DNA from: Selaginella moellendorffii
Lineage: Eukaryota > Plantae > Lycopodiophyta
Direction: 5' to 3'
Assembly (NCBI RefSeq): GCF_000143415.4
Contig: NW_003314346.1
Span: 62,001-126,000, forward strand
Length of the DNA stretch: 64,000 bases
A program made the translations under genes and the position numbers. Numbering within the stretch: position 1 is the stretch's first letter; each line of letters opens with the position of its first letter. Shown here piece by piece: positions 14,001-28,264 of this stretch. A model generated the notes under the pieces. It did no database searches. It was given only the letters and a program-made list of their open reading frames with translations, and had not been told where the DNA came from.

Positions 14001-17000
14001 ATGCCACGTGTCACATGCCACGTGTCCATGCCACGTGTCCATAGGAACCCGAGGTTCAGGGCCTTGGGCCACTGAACGAAGGAACGGTGCCAAACTCCCA
14101 AGCGTGACGCCAAGGAGTGGTGGAACCGGACCACGGAGCAACTCCCGAGCATATAGCCCAAGGAGCGAAGGGACAAAGGCCCGGAGCGACTTGGAACAGT
14201 CCTAGAGCAACCAGCATCCCAATGCCAGGACCAGCACGCAAAACGGAGCCAAACAGAGTCTGGCGCTATTTCGGCATACCGGTGGCCTAACGTGTGGATA
14301 TGGGTACTCCACCAGCTAGCATGGAATGGAACTTGGGCTTAGAGCCAAGCCGGACGCAGAACAAGGACAGGCACGCAAGCGGGAGCTAGACTATGCCTCA
14401 GGTTGGTCGGCCATGCCCGACCTACCCACTATCCCTACTATACATTTGGAACCCCCCATAGCCCCCCCCCCCTTGAGGAACACACGCTTTGGGCTTTCAC
14501 CCCAAGCTTCCCTTAGTATCAGGAGTTAGTCTCTGGGACAAACTCAAAACTTACTAAATATGGAATGTCCTTAGATTGCGAATTTGGACACAGGACAAAC
14601 ACCATTGTGTTCAGGCCGATCTCTACATTCCGTAGATATGCCAAATGAGCAAATCTGGACACTTTCCATAAATAGCATTTGGGACCGAAAGGAGACTAAC
14701 ACAAAGGGCATGATAGCGAGGGTGTTTGGCAGACACGGTAAGCTATCATATAGCGATATTGAGGGACCAATCTCAATACGCGAGGGTTCTTCGTCAAGCC
14801 AGTGCAAGACAGAGCAAAAGAGAACTAAAAAGCCAGGCCAAGTATGCTTGGCTGAATAGACACTTAGGAATTCCGTCCTTATGCTCATCCGGCCAAGTAC
14901 AGATGCAAAGTCCAGTTTACTAACACTTGAACAAGAGGGGCTGATAAAGGGTCCAGCAATACCGACCTCCTACCATCGTGACAGTAAGGTAAGAGTGTCC
15001 GTAAGGACTGGTCGACAGGTAACTTTCGATACCCGAAGTCACATGCGCGACACTCTCCCCCCCTAGGGAAGATCGACGTCCTCGTCGATGCATACTCCAG
15101 TCTAGAATACCGCCAAGGAAACAACTCCATAAAAAGTTCACGGTACTCACACTATGTGAGAAATGCACCAACTTAAATGAGTTAAGGGGGTAACCTCTTT
15201 GTCTAACGCGGATGCGCTACCAGCTCAGACACCTCCCGGCCGTCGCCGACAAGGAAATGACCAACGGAGTTAGCCACCCTTGCTGCTCTGGGCGTCACCC
15301 AGCTACAAAAGTGTGATATGCCCTGCCCGCAGGAACATAGAGAGAGAAGCCAGAGGCCCCAACCCTCCTGAGCAAAGAAACCAAACCCGTCGGTAAGGTT
15401 TAGATAGACTACTGTCAACAGGCAGTTAGAGTTGTTTACACGGTCACGCCCTTTCAACGTAACAAGGAACATCGACAGAGAGGCGGGTTATGTGACCAGT
15501 CGACAGTAGCTACCCCATGACTAGAGATTTCACCATGCACACGAAGTGCCGAAGCCAGTCTGCCTATACTGGCCCAAACTCAAAGATCAATGGATGGACA
15601 ATATCAAAGTCAGAGACAATGATATCTGAGAAGCTTAATTACTAGTGATTATATCTTAGAGTAGAACACAAAAGTATTCTAAGCAAGTTATCATCCGATA
15701 AACCAGTAGTATTGTAGATAGGAACCACCAAGATCATCATAATTTGGCAAACACAGGAATGACCATCCAACAAAATTCAATAGCTAGTATATCATCAAGG
15801 AAACTCAATGATGAAACTTAACTACCGAAGATAGTAGACAGTAAGCCAACAACTTACTAGAGAGAACTCAAAGAACACAAAGTATCATTGACTAACAAGC
15901 ACAATGCTCGCGAATGTATCACCCAAAGGAAATAACATTCAAATCTATCAAAACTAACTCGAGCAACGATCAACAGAAGAGAATGAATGTGGTAAGACCA
16001 ACAAACACTCATGCCTGCCAACTATCACAAAAGCTAATCTGAATAGATCCCAGCCAACAACACCAAGGAACTCAAGTTGCCTAAGCAAGTGGTAGCAACA
16101 TCCTACTGATATCTCAAGCCCAAGAAACCAAACCAAAGCAAACCACAAAGAATATGTGGTATTGCGAAAAACCAAAAGCCATCAAAGAGAACAACCAACT
16201 ATCATGAAAGATCGTCAATTAGCCCATCAATGTAGTGATGTATAATCATCGTTGAAGAAAGAACCTACCATCCCGAAGAATAGCAAATAATTCCAAACCA
16301 ACAATAATCAAACAAAACTTGTGATAAGAACAATCAACTACCCTAGATGATAGTCAATCATCACCAATGATTGCCAGATGCAAAGCCAACTTCAACATCG
16401 AAGCTAATGAGCCAAAATGCCTTCCCCAACAACTTCTAACAAATGGAACAATGAGCATAAAACTCAAAGAACCAAAGATCGAAGAAGCCTATAGCCAAGT
16501 CTTGCTTAATAATGATCACGAGTCTTGCATGAACTAACATCAATGCTAAAGAGAAATCATGGTATAACCCACGACATCCACTTTAACACATCCATAAGCT
16601 ATACTTCATAATGCAAAGCTAATGAAGAGCAGATTTGCATCACTCAAAAGCCAAGCACAATGGAGCTATGTTCAACAAGTGATCACCAAACCAATCCTCC
16701 ATGAATCCATCTACAGCAAGACGTAACTCACGTCATAACAATACAAGACGAATCATCAATGATCAATATATTCTAATTCAAACCCAATAAGGATTCAAAC
16801 TTTCCAATATTGATCACTAACTCTTCCGCTTGTAGAGTTAGCATAGTCCACGACTGAATCACTTTTTAAGGACAAGCTTAAAGCTCAACCCTTACTAAAT
16901 AATCTCGTCTAGAACACAACTAACTCAACTTGCCACTCAGTTCATTTGAACGTCAACACAGTTGCTAACTAGCAAATGCACGAATGCCAACAACACAAAG

Positions 17001-20000
17001 CTATAGCCAAATCATCAACACTATATTCATCAAGACTAATGAAACTCAATATCAATCCTTGGAAGGATATCTCATTTCACTCAGATCTCAATATCAACAA
17101 TGTCAACGACAAGGTATCACTTCAATGCTATCAACACTAGAACAAAGCTAGAAGAAAGCATAAGTGAATCACCACCCAAAGCTCTCTAGCAACCAAGCTA
17201 ACCAAGGTCGAAGATACCTTAGTCAGTATCCGAGACCAATCCTCCAACAATACTCAGTTACAGATAACACTTCCTCAAGGAGTGAATCACCACGTCCAAG
17301 ACTCAATGAAATCCAACACTATAGACCAAACGTAACCAAATGATATCGACAAAGGAATTGACATGCCAACATGGAAAAACCACGCCAGCCTAATGACACG
17401 ATCCTCCGCAACACCATCCGGTAAAGCAAGCCCATCACTGCTAAATCATCATCGAGCAAAGTAAGTGTCAACGGTCCTTGACGAAGTCTACAAGTAATCA
17501 CTAGTCACAAAGCAACTAACAATCACTCCTCAACTTGCCTTCATAAGACCCAAACACCAACTCTTGTCATCAAGTTACATACTTGTCCAACATGAACATA
17601 ATACCCCAAGTATGAGATAAAAGTTCATAGACAAGCACAAACTAAATGACCACTCGAATCCAACTCAACCGCAATAAGCTCACTAATGCATTTTAGTCAA
17701 TAGCTCTGAGCATGCCTTGAAGAGGCTAGCTATGTGATCAACACTCAGTCGAAACTAAAGTGAAGACCATGAGATGGACTCATATCGGTACACAACCTCC
17801 TCATAGACAAAGCTATAGTACGGGTACCAACATCTCAACCTCAAACAACTAAGTTGGACATCACCATCCTCAGCCAAGGTGCAGGGCCACCAAAACCAAG
17901 TCAAGATCAGTGAGAGCTCACTACTCTCATAGAGTCTAACGTAATGCAAGGTGCAAATTGCCACCAAGCACAACGCTACAAAAGAAAGGCACAAGGGTCA
18001 CCTTTCTTAGAAAAGTGCAACAGCCACTTTTCTACACCAAATCTAGACTCTATCCAACTCAATTGCCTTAACCCCAAAAGTCAGCATCCCTTTCGGGCCG
18101 CATCATACAAACTACCTACCAAGGTCTAAGCTAACCGAAGTCAACTCCAACCCCTTCTCTAGTTTGTACTGGCCTTCGAAAACAGAATGGTTTTCGGACA
18201 AAATGATCAATAGATCAGCCATTGGAAAAGTCTAAGAAAATTTGTGGAAAATTTCCCATCCTAGAGAAAGAATGACTCTCAGTCCAGGATTGCAAACTTT
18301 CAAGACTCAACCAACTTCCTCCTACCAACAACTTCACATAGGCTCACCTCAACACAAATTCTCATGATCCAAAAATATGCTTAAGCATCGAACATCTTTG
18401 CCCATCTAACCGTTATCCAACACCGATATCCGCAAAGTGCAAAATGAACATCCAAGGCTTGATCACGAAGACCACATCTTCGGATATCCATATTGCACTA
18501 ACGCTCTTCTTCAATCACTTTCAAGATCCAATGTGAAGCCAAAACACTAACAAGAAAAATGACATAGAAAAATCAAGGTCCAAGGAAAATTCCTCATCAC
18601 TTGAAATAACAATGCCACTTCCACTAACACAAGTGCTAGCAATGTTAATGCCTCAACTACACATCTTCTCCATCCAACAATCTACTCCAAGTGCTAACGG
18701 ATCAACCGACAAGCTATAGCAAATGAATGCTACAACCCTTTTCCAACACCTAATGGGCAAACTCAAGGAAACAAGGTACCAACTTAAGCTTAGCATAATG
18801 GACCACTATTGAGAATCCAGTCAAAGCTACTACAATGCTACTTCGTGCAAGTAGACTAGCTTCTCCATCAACCACTTTGGGGTTGATCATCATTTAACCA
18901 AGCAACTTCGTAAATACATTGCTCATTATCACATGGTTATGATATAAATCACAATGACTTGATCATCAATTGAGTAACACAATGAGCAAGGCTTATGTCA
19001 TTACTTCAAACGTTTATGTGAGTATCAAATGCCAACTCGATTCGACAAAATGCAACATAAATGCCACACTCCACCAATAGAGATTTACGACACCCAACAC
19101 CACTAACTTTTGTTCACAACACAGACAAGCTTATGCCACTCTCTTCCTGACCAATCTCAAAACTATTCCAACACCAAGCTACTCAAGGAGCAATAGCAAG
19201 GTTCCCCGGAAAAGAATTGAGCATTGCAACCCAAGTCTTCCAATAGCAAGCTTAGATAAAATGGTTTAGCGCTTCACCGCTATCCATCCCATAACTCACC
19301 ACTTGTAAGACCATCATTTCCAACATGCATCAAGGTAGGGACTCTTGATTGCATAATGTGAACACAAGCAATGAGTTAACACCTCTTTGCGAATCATCTC
19401 TCCAAGAAGAGAAAATGATTTACGTATTTGATCCTCCGTCCCCGATGACTCTCTTTTCGGTCTAATCTTTGACCAAACCTCAAGCTTGCTTTCGCACTGC
19501 CTTCAGTTCAATTGAAGAAAAGTTTATGAGAGAGCACGGCCATGATTACTTGAACCAATAGATTAATCCCTATAGTCTTGATTGATCCACTTATAATCAT
19601 GCCTAGGAAGGATCCACTAGTGCCGTGCTAAACAGCTACGGACTAGCCTATTTGCTACTCATAGCAAACTCAAGGAAAGTTTATTTTCACCCATGGTACA
19701 TGGAACAACTCATGGAACCAACAATAGATTAACATTAATCCTGCCAACTCAAAGTGTAACCTCGAGTTGCTAATGTGCCTCACTCACGAGCCCAAGCGCA
19801 AACTCGTTTAATGGAACAACTCAGTCCACCCTATGAGCCCAAGAGCAAGCTCACATAATATGGAACAAAAAGGTAACCAAAACCTATCCCAAGGAACCAA
19901 TGCGAAGTCTTTGCACCAAAACGTGTACCCACTCGGATCATCGTTTTCATCTCTGCGTATGCAACGAGACTAGTTGCCCAATCTCACTGAATAGTACTCG

Positions 20001-20350
20001 CTGAGACTCATTCTCTGATACCAAATGTAGCGCACGTGGTTTTGACCCTTTATCCTATGGTGATTTACCATGGGATAACACTACGAAGCGGAACCTAAAC
20101 CCTCTTTGTGCCACGTGACAGATGCCACGTGTCACATACCACGTGTCCATGCCACGTGTCCATAGGAACCCGAGGTTCAGGGCCTTGGGCCATTGAACGA
20201 AGGAACGGTGCCAAACTCCCAAGGTTGACGCCAAGGAGTGATGGAACCGGACCACGGAGCAACTCCCGAGCTTATAGCCCAAGGAGCGAAGGGACAGCAG
20301 CCTGGAGCGACTTGGAACAGTCCTGGAGCAACCAGCATACCAATGCCAGG
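11039..20350 (-). mobile_element. Tandem array of non-coding LTR family A (LARD-like): internal-LTR-internal-LTR
   Basis: 6121-bp period (LTR starts at 13905 and 20026). The LTR at 13905-15052 has a PBS on its left and a PPT on its right. Homologous to the intact copy at 55633-62947. Confidence 0.9.
13905..15052 (-). repeat. Family A LTR (shared between two tandem units)
   Basis: TGTAGCGCA...TGCGCGACA termini. Confidence 0.92.
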
Positions 20351-20392
20351 ATCATCGTAGTCTGCCAAACACCCTCGCTATCATGCCCTTTG

Positions 20393-21121
20393 NNNNNNNN
20401 NNNNNNNNNNNNNNNNNNNNNNNNNNNNNNNNNNNNNNNNNNNNNNNNNNNNNNNNNNNNNNNNNNNNNNNNNNNNNNNNNNNNNNNNNNNNNNNNNNNN
20501 NNNNNNNNNNNNNNNNNNNNNNNNNNNNNNNNNNNNNNNNNNNNNNNNNNNNNNNNNNNNNNNNNNNNNNNNNNNNNNNNNNNNNNNNNNNNNNNNNNNN
20601 NNNNNNNNNNNNNNNNNNNNNNNNNNNNNNNNNNNNNNNNNNNNNNNNNNNNNNNNNNNNNNNNNNNNNNNNNNNNNNNNNNNNNNNNNNNNNNNNNNNN
20701 NNNNNNNNNNNNNNNNNNNNNNNNNNNNNNNNNNNNNNNNNNNNNNNNNNNNNNNNNNNNNNNNNNNNNNNNNNNNNNNNNNNNNNNNNNNNNNNNNNNN
20801 NNNNNNNNNNNNNNNNNNNNNNNNNNNNNNNNNNNNNNNNNNNNNNNNNNNNNNNNNNNNNNNNNNNNNNNNNNNNNNNNNNNNNNNNNNNNNNNNNNNN
20901 NNNNNNNNNNNNNNNNNNNNNNNNNNNNNNNNNNNNNNNNNNNNNNNNNNNNNNNNNNNNNNNNNNNNNNNNNNNNNNNNNNNNNNNNNNNNNNNNNNNN
21001 NNNNNNNNNNNNNNNNNNNNNNNNNNNNNNNNNNNNNNNNNNNNNNNNNNNNNNNNNNNNNNNNNNNNNNNNNNNNNNNNNNNNNNNNNNNNNNNNNNNN
21101 NNNNNNNNNNNNNNNNNNNNN
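20393..21121. other. Assembly gap
   Basis: Run of N. Confidence 1.
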
Positions 21122-24100
21122 TCCGCTTCGTAGTGTTATCCTATGGTAAATCACCATAGGATAAATGCGCGACAATGGTGAGACTCACTTGGTATCAGAG
21201 GATGAGTCTCAGCGAGTACTATTCAATGAGATTGGGCAACTAGTCTCGTTGCATACGCAGAGATGAGAACGATGATCCGAGTGGGTACACGTTTGGGTGC
21301 AAAGAGTTCGCAATCGTTCCTTGGGTATGGATTCGGTTACCTTATTGTACCTTATGATGTGAGCTTGCGCTTGGGCTCATAGGATGGATCTGAGTTGTTC
21401 CGGTACAATGAGTTTAAGCTTGAGCTCGTGAGTGAGGCACATTAGCAACTCGAGGTTACACTTTGAGTTGGCAGGATTAATGTTAGCCTATTGTTGGTTC
21501 CATGAGTTGTTCCATGTACCATGGGTGAAAATAAACTTTCCTTGAGTTTGCTATGAGTAGCAAATAGGCTAGTCCGTAGCTGTTTAGCACGGCACTAGTG
21601 GATCCTTCCTAGGCATGATTATAAGTGGATCAATCAAGACTATAGGGATTAATCTATTGGTTCAAGTAATCATGGCCGTGCTCTCTCATAAACTTTTCTT
21701 CAATTGAACTGAAGGCAGTGCGAAAGCAAGCTTGAGGTTTGGTCAAAGATTAGACCGAAAAAAGAGTCATCGGGGATGGAGGATCAAATACGTAAATCAT
21801 TTTCTCTTCTTGGAAAGATGATTCGCAAAGAGGTGTTAACTCATTGCTTGTGTTCACATTATGCAATCAAGAGTCCCTACCTTGATGCATGTTGGAAATG
21901 ATGGTCTTACAAGTGGTGAGTTATGGGATGGATAGCGGTGAAGCGCTAAACCATTTTATCTAAGCTTGCTATTGGAAGACTTGGGTTGCAATGCTCAATT
22001 CTTTTCCGGGGAACCTTGCTATTGCTCCTTGAGTAGCTTGGTGTTGGAATAGTTTTGAGATTGGTCAGGAAGAGAGTGGCATAAGCTTGTCTGTGTTGTG
22101 AACAAAAGTTAGTGGTGTTGGGTGTCGTAAACCTCTATTGGTGGAGTGTGGCATTTATGTTGCATTTTGTCGAATCGAGTTGGCATTTGATACTCACATA
22201 AACGTTTGAAGTAATGACATAAGCCTTGCTCATTGTGTTACTCAATTGATGATCAAGTCATTGTGATTTATATCATAACCATGTGATAATGAGCAATGTA
22301 TTTACGAAGTTGCTTGGTTAAATGATGATCAACCCCAAAGTGGTTGATGGAGAAGCTAGTCTACTTGCACGAAGTAGCATTGTAGTAGCTTTGACTGGAT
22401 TCTCAATAGTGGTCCATTATGCTAAGCTTATGTTGGTACCTTGTTTCCTTGAGGGTTTGCCCATAAGGTGTTGGGAATGGGTTGTAGCATTCATTTGCTA
22501 TAGCTCATCTGTTGATCCGTTAGCACTTGGAGTAAATTGTTGGATGGAGAAGATGTGTAGTTGGGGCATTGATATCACTAGCACTTGTGTTAGTGGAAGT
22601 GGCATTGTTATTTCAAGTGATGAGGAATTTTCCTTGGACCTTGATTTTTCCATGTCATTTTTCTTGTTAGTGTTTTGGCTTCACATTGGATCTTGAAGGT
22701 GATTGAAGAAGAGTGTTAGTGCAATATGGATATCCGAAGAAGTGGTCTTTGTGATCAAGCCTTGGATGTTCATTTTGCACTTTGCGGATATCAGTGTTAG
22801 ATAACGGTTAAATGGGCAAAGATGTTCGATGCTTAGACGTATTCTTGGATCATGAGAATTTGTGTTGAGGTGAGCCTATGTGAAGTTGTTTGTAGGAGGA
22901 AGTTGGTTGAGTCTTGAAAGTTTGCAATCCTAGACTGAGAGTCATTCTTTCTCTAGGATGGGAAATTTTCCACAAATTTTCTTAGACTTTTCCAATGGCT
23001 GATCTGTTGGTCATTTTGCTCGAAAACCATTCCGTTTTCGTAAGCCAGTACAAACTATTGAAGGGGTTGGAGTTGGCTTCGGTTGGCTTAAACCTTAGTA
23101 AGTAGTTTGTATGATGCGACCCGAAAGGGATGCTGACTTTTGGGGCTAAGGCAATTGAGTTGGATAGAGTCTGGAGTTAGTGTAGGAAAGTGGCCGTTGC
23201 GCTTTTCTAAGAAAGGTGACTCTTATGCCTTTCTTTTGTAGCATTATGCTCGGTGGCAGGTTGCACCTTGCATTTCGCTAAGACTCTATGAGAGTAGTGA
23301 GCTCTCACTGATCTTGACTTAGTCTTGGTAGCCCTGCACCTTGGCTGAGGATGGTGATGTCCAACTTAGTTGTTTGAGGTTGAGATGTTGGTACCCATAC
23401 TATAGCTTTGTCTATGAGGAGGTTGTGTACCGATATGAGTCCATCTCATGGTCTTCACTTTAGTTTCGACTGAGTGTTGATCACATAGCTAGCCTCTTCA
23501 AGGCATGCTCAGAGCTATTGACTAAATGCATTGGTGAGCTTATTGCGGTTGAGTTGGATTCGAGTGGTCATTTAGTTTGTGCTTGTCCATGAACTTTTAT
23601 CTCATGTTTGAGGTATTATGTTTATGCTAGATAAGTATATAACTTGATGACAAGAGTTGGTGTTTGGGTCTTGTGAAGGCAAGTTGAGGGGTGATTGTTA
23701 GTTGCTTTGCGACTAGTGATTACTTGTAGACTTCATCAAGGACTGTTGATACTTGCTTTGCTCGATGATGATTTAGCAGTGATGGGCTTGCTTTACCAGG
23801 TGGTGTTGCGGAGGATCATGTCGTTAGACTTACATGAGTTTTCATGTTGGCTTGTCGACTCTACCTCTGTCGATATCATTTGGTTACGTCTAGTCCGTAG
23901 TGTTGGATTTCATTGAGTCTTGGACGTGGTGAATCACTCCTTGATGATGTGTATCTGAAACTGAGTATTGCTGAAGGATTGGTCTTGGATACACACTAAG
24001 GTATCTTCGACTGTGGTTAGCTTGGTTGCTAGAAAGTTTTGAGTGGTGATTCACTCTAGCTTTCTTCTAGCTTTTGTCCTGATGTTGATGGCATTAAAGT

Positions 24101-26639
24101 GATGCCTTGTCATTGATGTTGTTGATATTGAGATTCGAGTGAAATGAGATATCCTTCCAAGGATTGATATTGAGTTTCATTAGTCCTGATGATAATAGTG
24201 TTGATGATTTGGCTATAGCTTTGTGTTGTTAGCATTCATGCATTTGCTAGTTAGCAACTATATTGACGTTCAAATGAACTGAGTGGCAAGTTGAGTTAGT
24301 TGTGTTCTAGATGAGATTGTTTAGTAAGGGTTAAGCTTTGGCTTTTCCTTGAAAAGTGATTTAGTCGTGGACTATGCTAACTTTACGAGATGATGTGTTA
24401 GTGATTGATATTGAAGTGATTGAATCCTTGTTGGGATTTTAGTTGAAATATACCAATCATTGATGATTCTTCTTGTGCTTGCTATGAAGTGAGTTACGTC
24501 TTGCTATAGATGGATTCATGGAGGATCATTTAGTGATCACTTGTTGAGCATAGCTCCATTGTGCTTAGCTTTTGGATTGATGCAGAAATGCTCTTCATTA
24601 GCTTTAGCATTATGAAGTTTGGCTTATGGATGTGTTGAGAAAGATGTTGTGGGTTGCATCACGATTTCTTCTTTCACATTGAAGTTAGCTTTTATGAGAC
24701 TTGTGATCATTATTAGGCAAGACTTGGGTATAGGCTTCTTTGAGCTTTGGTTCTTGAGTTTTGTGCTCATTGTTCCATTTGTTAGAAGTTGTTGGGGAAA
24801 GCATTTTGGCTCATTAGCTTCGATGTTGAAGTTGGTTTTTGCATCTGGCAATCATTGGTGATGATTGACTATCATCTAGGGTAGTTGATTGTCCTTATCA
24901 CAAGTTTTGCTTGATTATTGTTGGTTTGAAATTATTTGCTATTCTTCGGGATGGTAGATTCTTTCTTCAACGATGATTATACATCACTATATTGATGGGC
25001 TGATTGACGATCTTTCATGAGGTAGTCATGGGGTAGCTACTGTCGACTGGTCACATAACCCGCCTCTCTGTCGATGTTCCTTATTCCGTGAAAGGGTGTG
25101 ACCGTGTAAACAACTCTAAACTGCCTGTTGCCAGTAGTCTATCTAAACCTTACCGACGGGTTTGGTTTCTTTGCTCAGGAGGGTTGGGGCCTCTGGCTTC
25201 TCTCTCTATGTTCCTGCGGGCAGGGCATATCACACTTTTGTAGCTGGGTGACACCCAGAGCAGCAAGGGTGGCTGACTCCGTTGGTCATTTTCTTGTCGG
25301 CGACGGCCGGGAGGTGTCTGAGCTGGTAGCGCATCCACGTTAGACAAAGAGGTTGCCCCCTAACTCATTTAAGTTGGTGCATTTCTCACATAGTGTGAGT
25401 ACCGTGAACTTTTTCTGGAGTTGTTTCCTTGGCGGTATTCTAGACTCGAGTATGCATCGACGAGGACGTCGATCTTCCCAAGGGGGGGAGAGTGTCGCGA
25501 ATGTGACTTCAGGTATCGAAAGTTACCTGTCGGCTAGTCCTTACGGACACTCTTACCTTACTGCCATGACGGCAGGAGGTCGGTATTGCTGGACCCTTTA
25601 TCAGTCCCTCTTGTGCTAGTGGAGTTAACTGGGCATTTCGAGTGTACTTAGACCGGACGAGCATAAGGACGGAATTCCTACGTGTTATTAGCTAAGCATA
25701 CTTAGCCCGGTAAGGAGTTCCCGTCTCGTTTTGTCTTGCACTTGCTAGTGACAAGAACCCTCGCGTATTGAGATTAGTCCCTCAATATCGCTACATGATA
25801 GCTTACCGTGTCTGCCAAACACCCTCGCTATCATGCCCTTTGTGTTAGTCTCATTTCGGTCCCAAATGCTATTTATGGAAAGTGTTTAGATTCACTCATT
25901 TGGCATATCTACAGAATGTAGAGATCGGCCCGAACACAATGGTGTTCGTCCCGTGTCCAAATTCACAATCTAGGGACATTCCATAATTAGTAAGTTTCGA
26001 GTTTGTCCCAGAGACTAACTCCTGATACTAAGGGAGGCTTGGGGTGAAAGCCCAAAGCGTGTGTTCCTCAAAGGGGGGGGGGCTATGGGGGGTTCCAAAT
26101 GTATAGTAGGGATAGTGGGTAGGTCGGGCATGGCTGACCAACCTGAGGCATAGTCTAGCTCCCGCTTGCGTGCCTGTCCTTGTTCTGCGTCCGGCTTGGG
26201 TCTAAGCCCAAGTTCCATTCCATGCTAGCTGGTGGAGTACCCATATTCTCACGTTAGGCCACCGGTATGCCGAAATAGCGCCAGACTCCGTTTGGCTCCG
26301 TTTTGCGTGCTGGTCCTGGCATTGGGATGCTGGTTGCTCCAGGACTGTTCCAAGTCGCTCCGGGCTCCTGTCCCTTCGCTCCTTGGGCTATATGCTCGGG
26401 AGTTGCTCCGTGGTCCGGTTCCATCACTCCTTGGCGTCACGCTTGGGAGTTTGGCACCGTTCCTTCGTTTAGTGGCCCAAGGCCCTGAACCTCGGGTTCC
26501 TATGGACACGTGGCACGGACACGTGGTATGTGACACGTGGCATCTGTCACGTGGCACAAAGAGGTTTTAGGTTCCGCTTCGTGGTGTTATCCTATGGTAA
26601 ATCACCATAGGATAAAGGGTCAAAACCACGTGCGCTACA
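21122..26639 (+). mobile_element. Family A copy in inverted orientation with an internal deletion near 25020
   Basis: PBS TGGTATCAGAG near 21190; internal region is the reverse complement of ~16200-20020; PPT GGGGGGGAGAG; LTR 25493-26639. Confidence 0.88.
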
Positions 26640-28264
26640 TTTGGTATATGATACTTTCAACTTTATACCATCCATGCACTTATAACCCGCCTCTCTGTCA
26701 ATGTTCTTTATTTCGTTGAAAGGGCGTGACCGTGTAAACAACTCTAAACTGCCTGTTGACAGTAGTCTATCTAAACCTTACCGACGGGTTTGGTTTCTTT
26801 GCTCAGGAGGGTTGGGGCCTCTAGCTTCTCTCTCTATGTCCCTGCGGGCAGGGCATATCACACTTTTGTAAGCTGGGTGACTCCCAGAGCAGCAGGGGTG
26901 GCTGACTCCGTTGGTCATTTCCTTGTCGGCGACGGCCGAAAGGTGTCTGAGCTGGTAGCGCATCCACGTTAGACAAAGAGGTTGCCCCCTAACTCATTTA
27001 AGTTGGTGCATTTCTCACATAGTGTGAGTACCGTGAACTTTTTCTGGAGTTGTTTCCTTGGCGGTATTCTAGACTCGAGTATGCATCGACGAGGACGTCG
27101 ATTTTCCCAAGGGGGGGAGAGTGTCGCGAATGTGACTTCAGGTATCGAAAGTTACCTGTCGGCTAGTCCTTACGGACACTCTTACCTTACTGCCATGACG
27201 GCAGGAGGTCGGTATTGCTGGACCCTTTATTAGCCCCTCTTGTGCTAGTGGAGTTAACTGGGCATTTCGAGTGTACTTAGACCGGACGAGCATAAGGACG
27301 GAATTCCTACGTGTTATTAGCTAAGCATACTCGGCCTGGCTTTTAGTTCTCTTTTGCTCTGTCTTGCACTGGCTTGACAAGAACCCTCGCGTATTGAGAT
27401 TAGTCCCTCAATAATGCTACATGATAGCTTACCGTGTCTGCCAAACACCCTCGCTATCATGCCCTTTGTGTTAGTCTCATTTCGGTCCCAAATGCTATTT
27501 ATGGAAAGTGTTTAGATTCACTCATTTGGCATATCTACGGAATGTAGAGATCGGCCCGAACACAATGGTGTTCGTCCCGTGTCCAAATTCGCAATCTAAG
27601 GACATTCCATATTTAGTAAGTTTCGAGTTTGTCCCAGAGACTAACTCCTGATACTAAGGGAGGCTTGGGGTGAAAGCCCAAAGCGTGTGTTCCTCAAGGG
27701 GGGGGGGGCTATGGGGGGTTCCAAATGTATAGTAGGGATAGTGGGTAGGTCGGGCATGGCCGACCAACCTGAGGCATAGTCTAGCTCCCGCTTGCGTGCC
27801 TGTCCTTGTTCTGCGTCTGGCTTGGGTCTAAGCCCAAGTTCCATTCCATGCTAGTTGGTGGAGTACCCATATCCTCGCGTTAGGCCACCGGTATGCCGAA
27901 ATAGCGCTAGACTCCGTTTGGCTCCGTTTTGCGTGCTGGTCCTGGCATTGGGATGCTGGTTGCTCCAGGACTGTTCCAAGTCGCTCCGGGCTCCTGTCCC
28001 TTCGCTCCTTGGGCTGTATGCTCGGGAGTTGCTCCGTGGTCCGATTCCATCACTCCTTGGCGTCACGCTTGGGAGTTTGGCACCGTTCCTTCGTTCAGTG
28101 GCCCAAGGCCCTGAACCTCGGGTTCCTATGGACACGTGGCACGGACACGTGGTATGTGACACGTGGCATCTGTCACGTGGCACAAAGAGGGTTTAGGTTC
28201 CGCTTCGTGGTGTTATCCTATGGTAAATCACCATAGGATAAAGGGTAAAAACCACGTGCGCTAC
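25493..28264 (+). mobile_element. Family A mini-derivative: LTR - ~480 bp (PBS stub, 3' UTR, PPT) - LTR
   Basis: LTRs at 25493-26639 and 27122-28264; TTTGGTAT follows the first and a PPT precedes the second. Confidence 0.85.

Noticed and set aside
20108-21175. ORFs of 258-341 aa
   Set aside because: Artefacts of translating across N runs.
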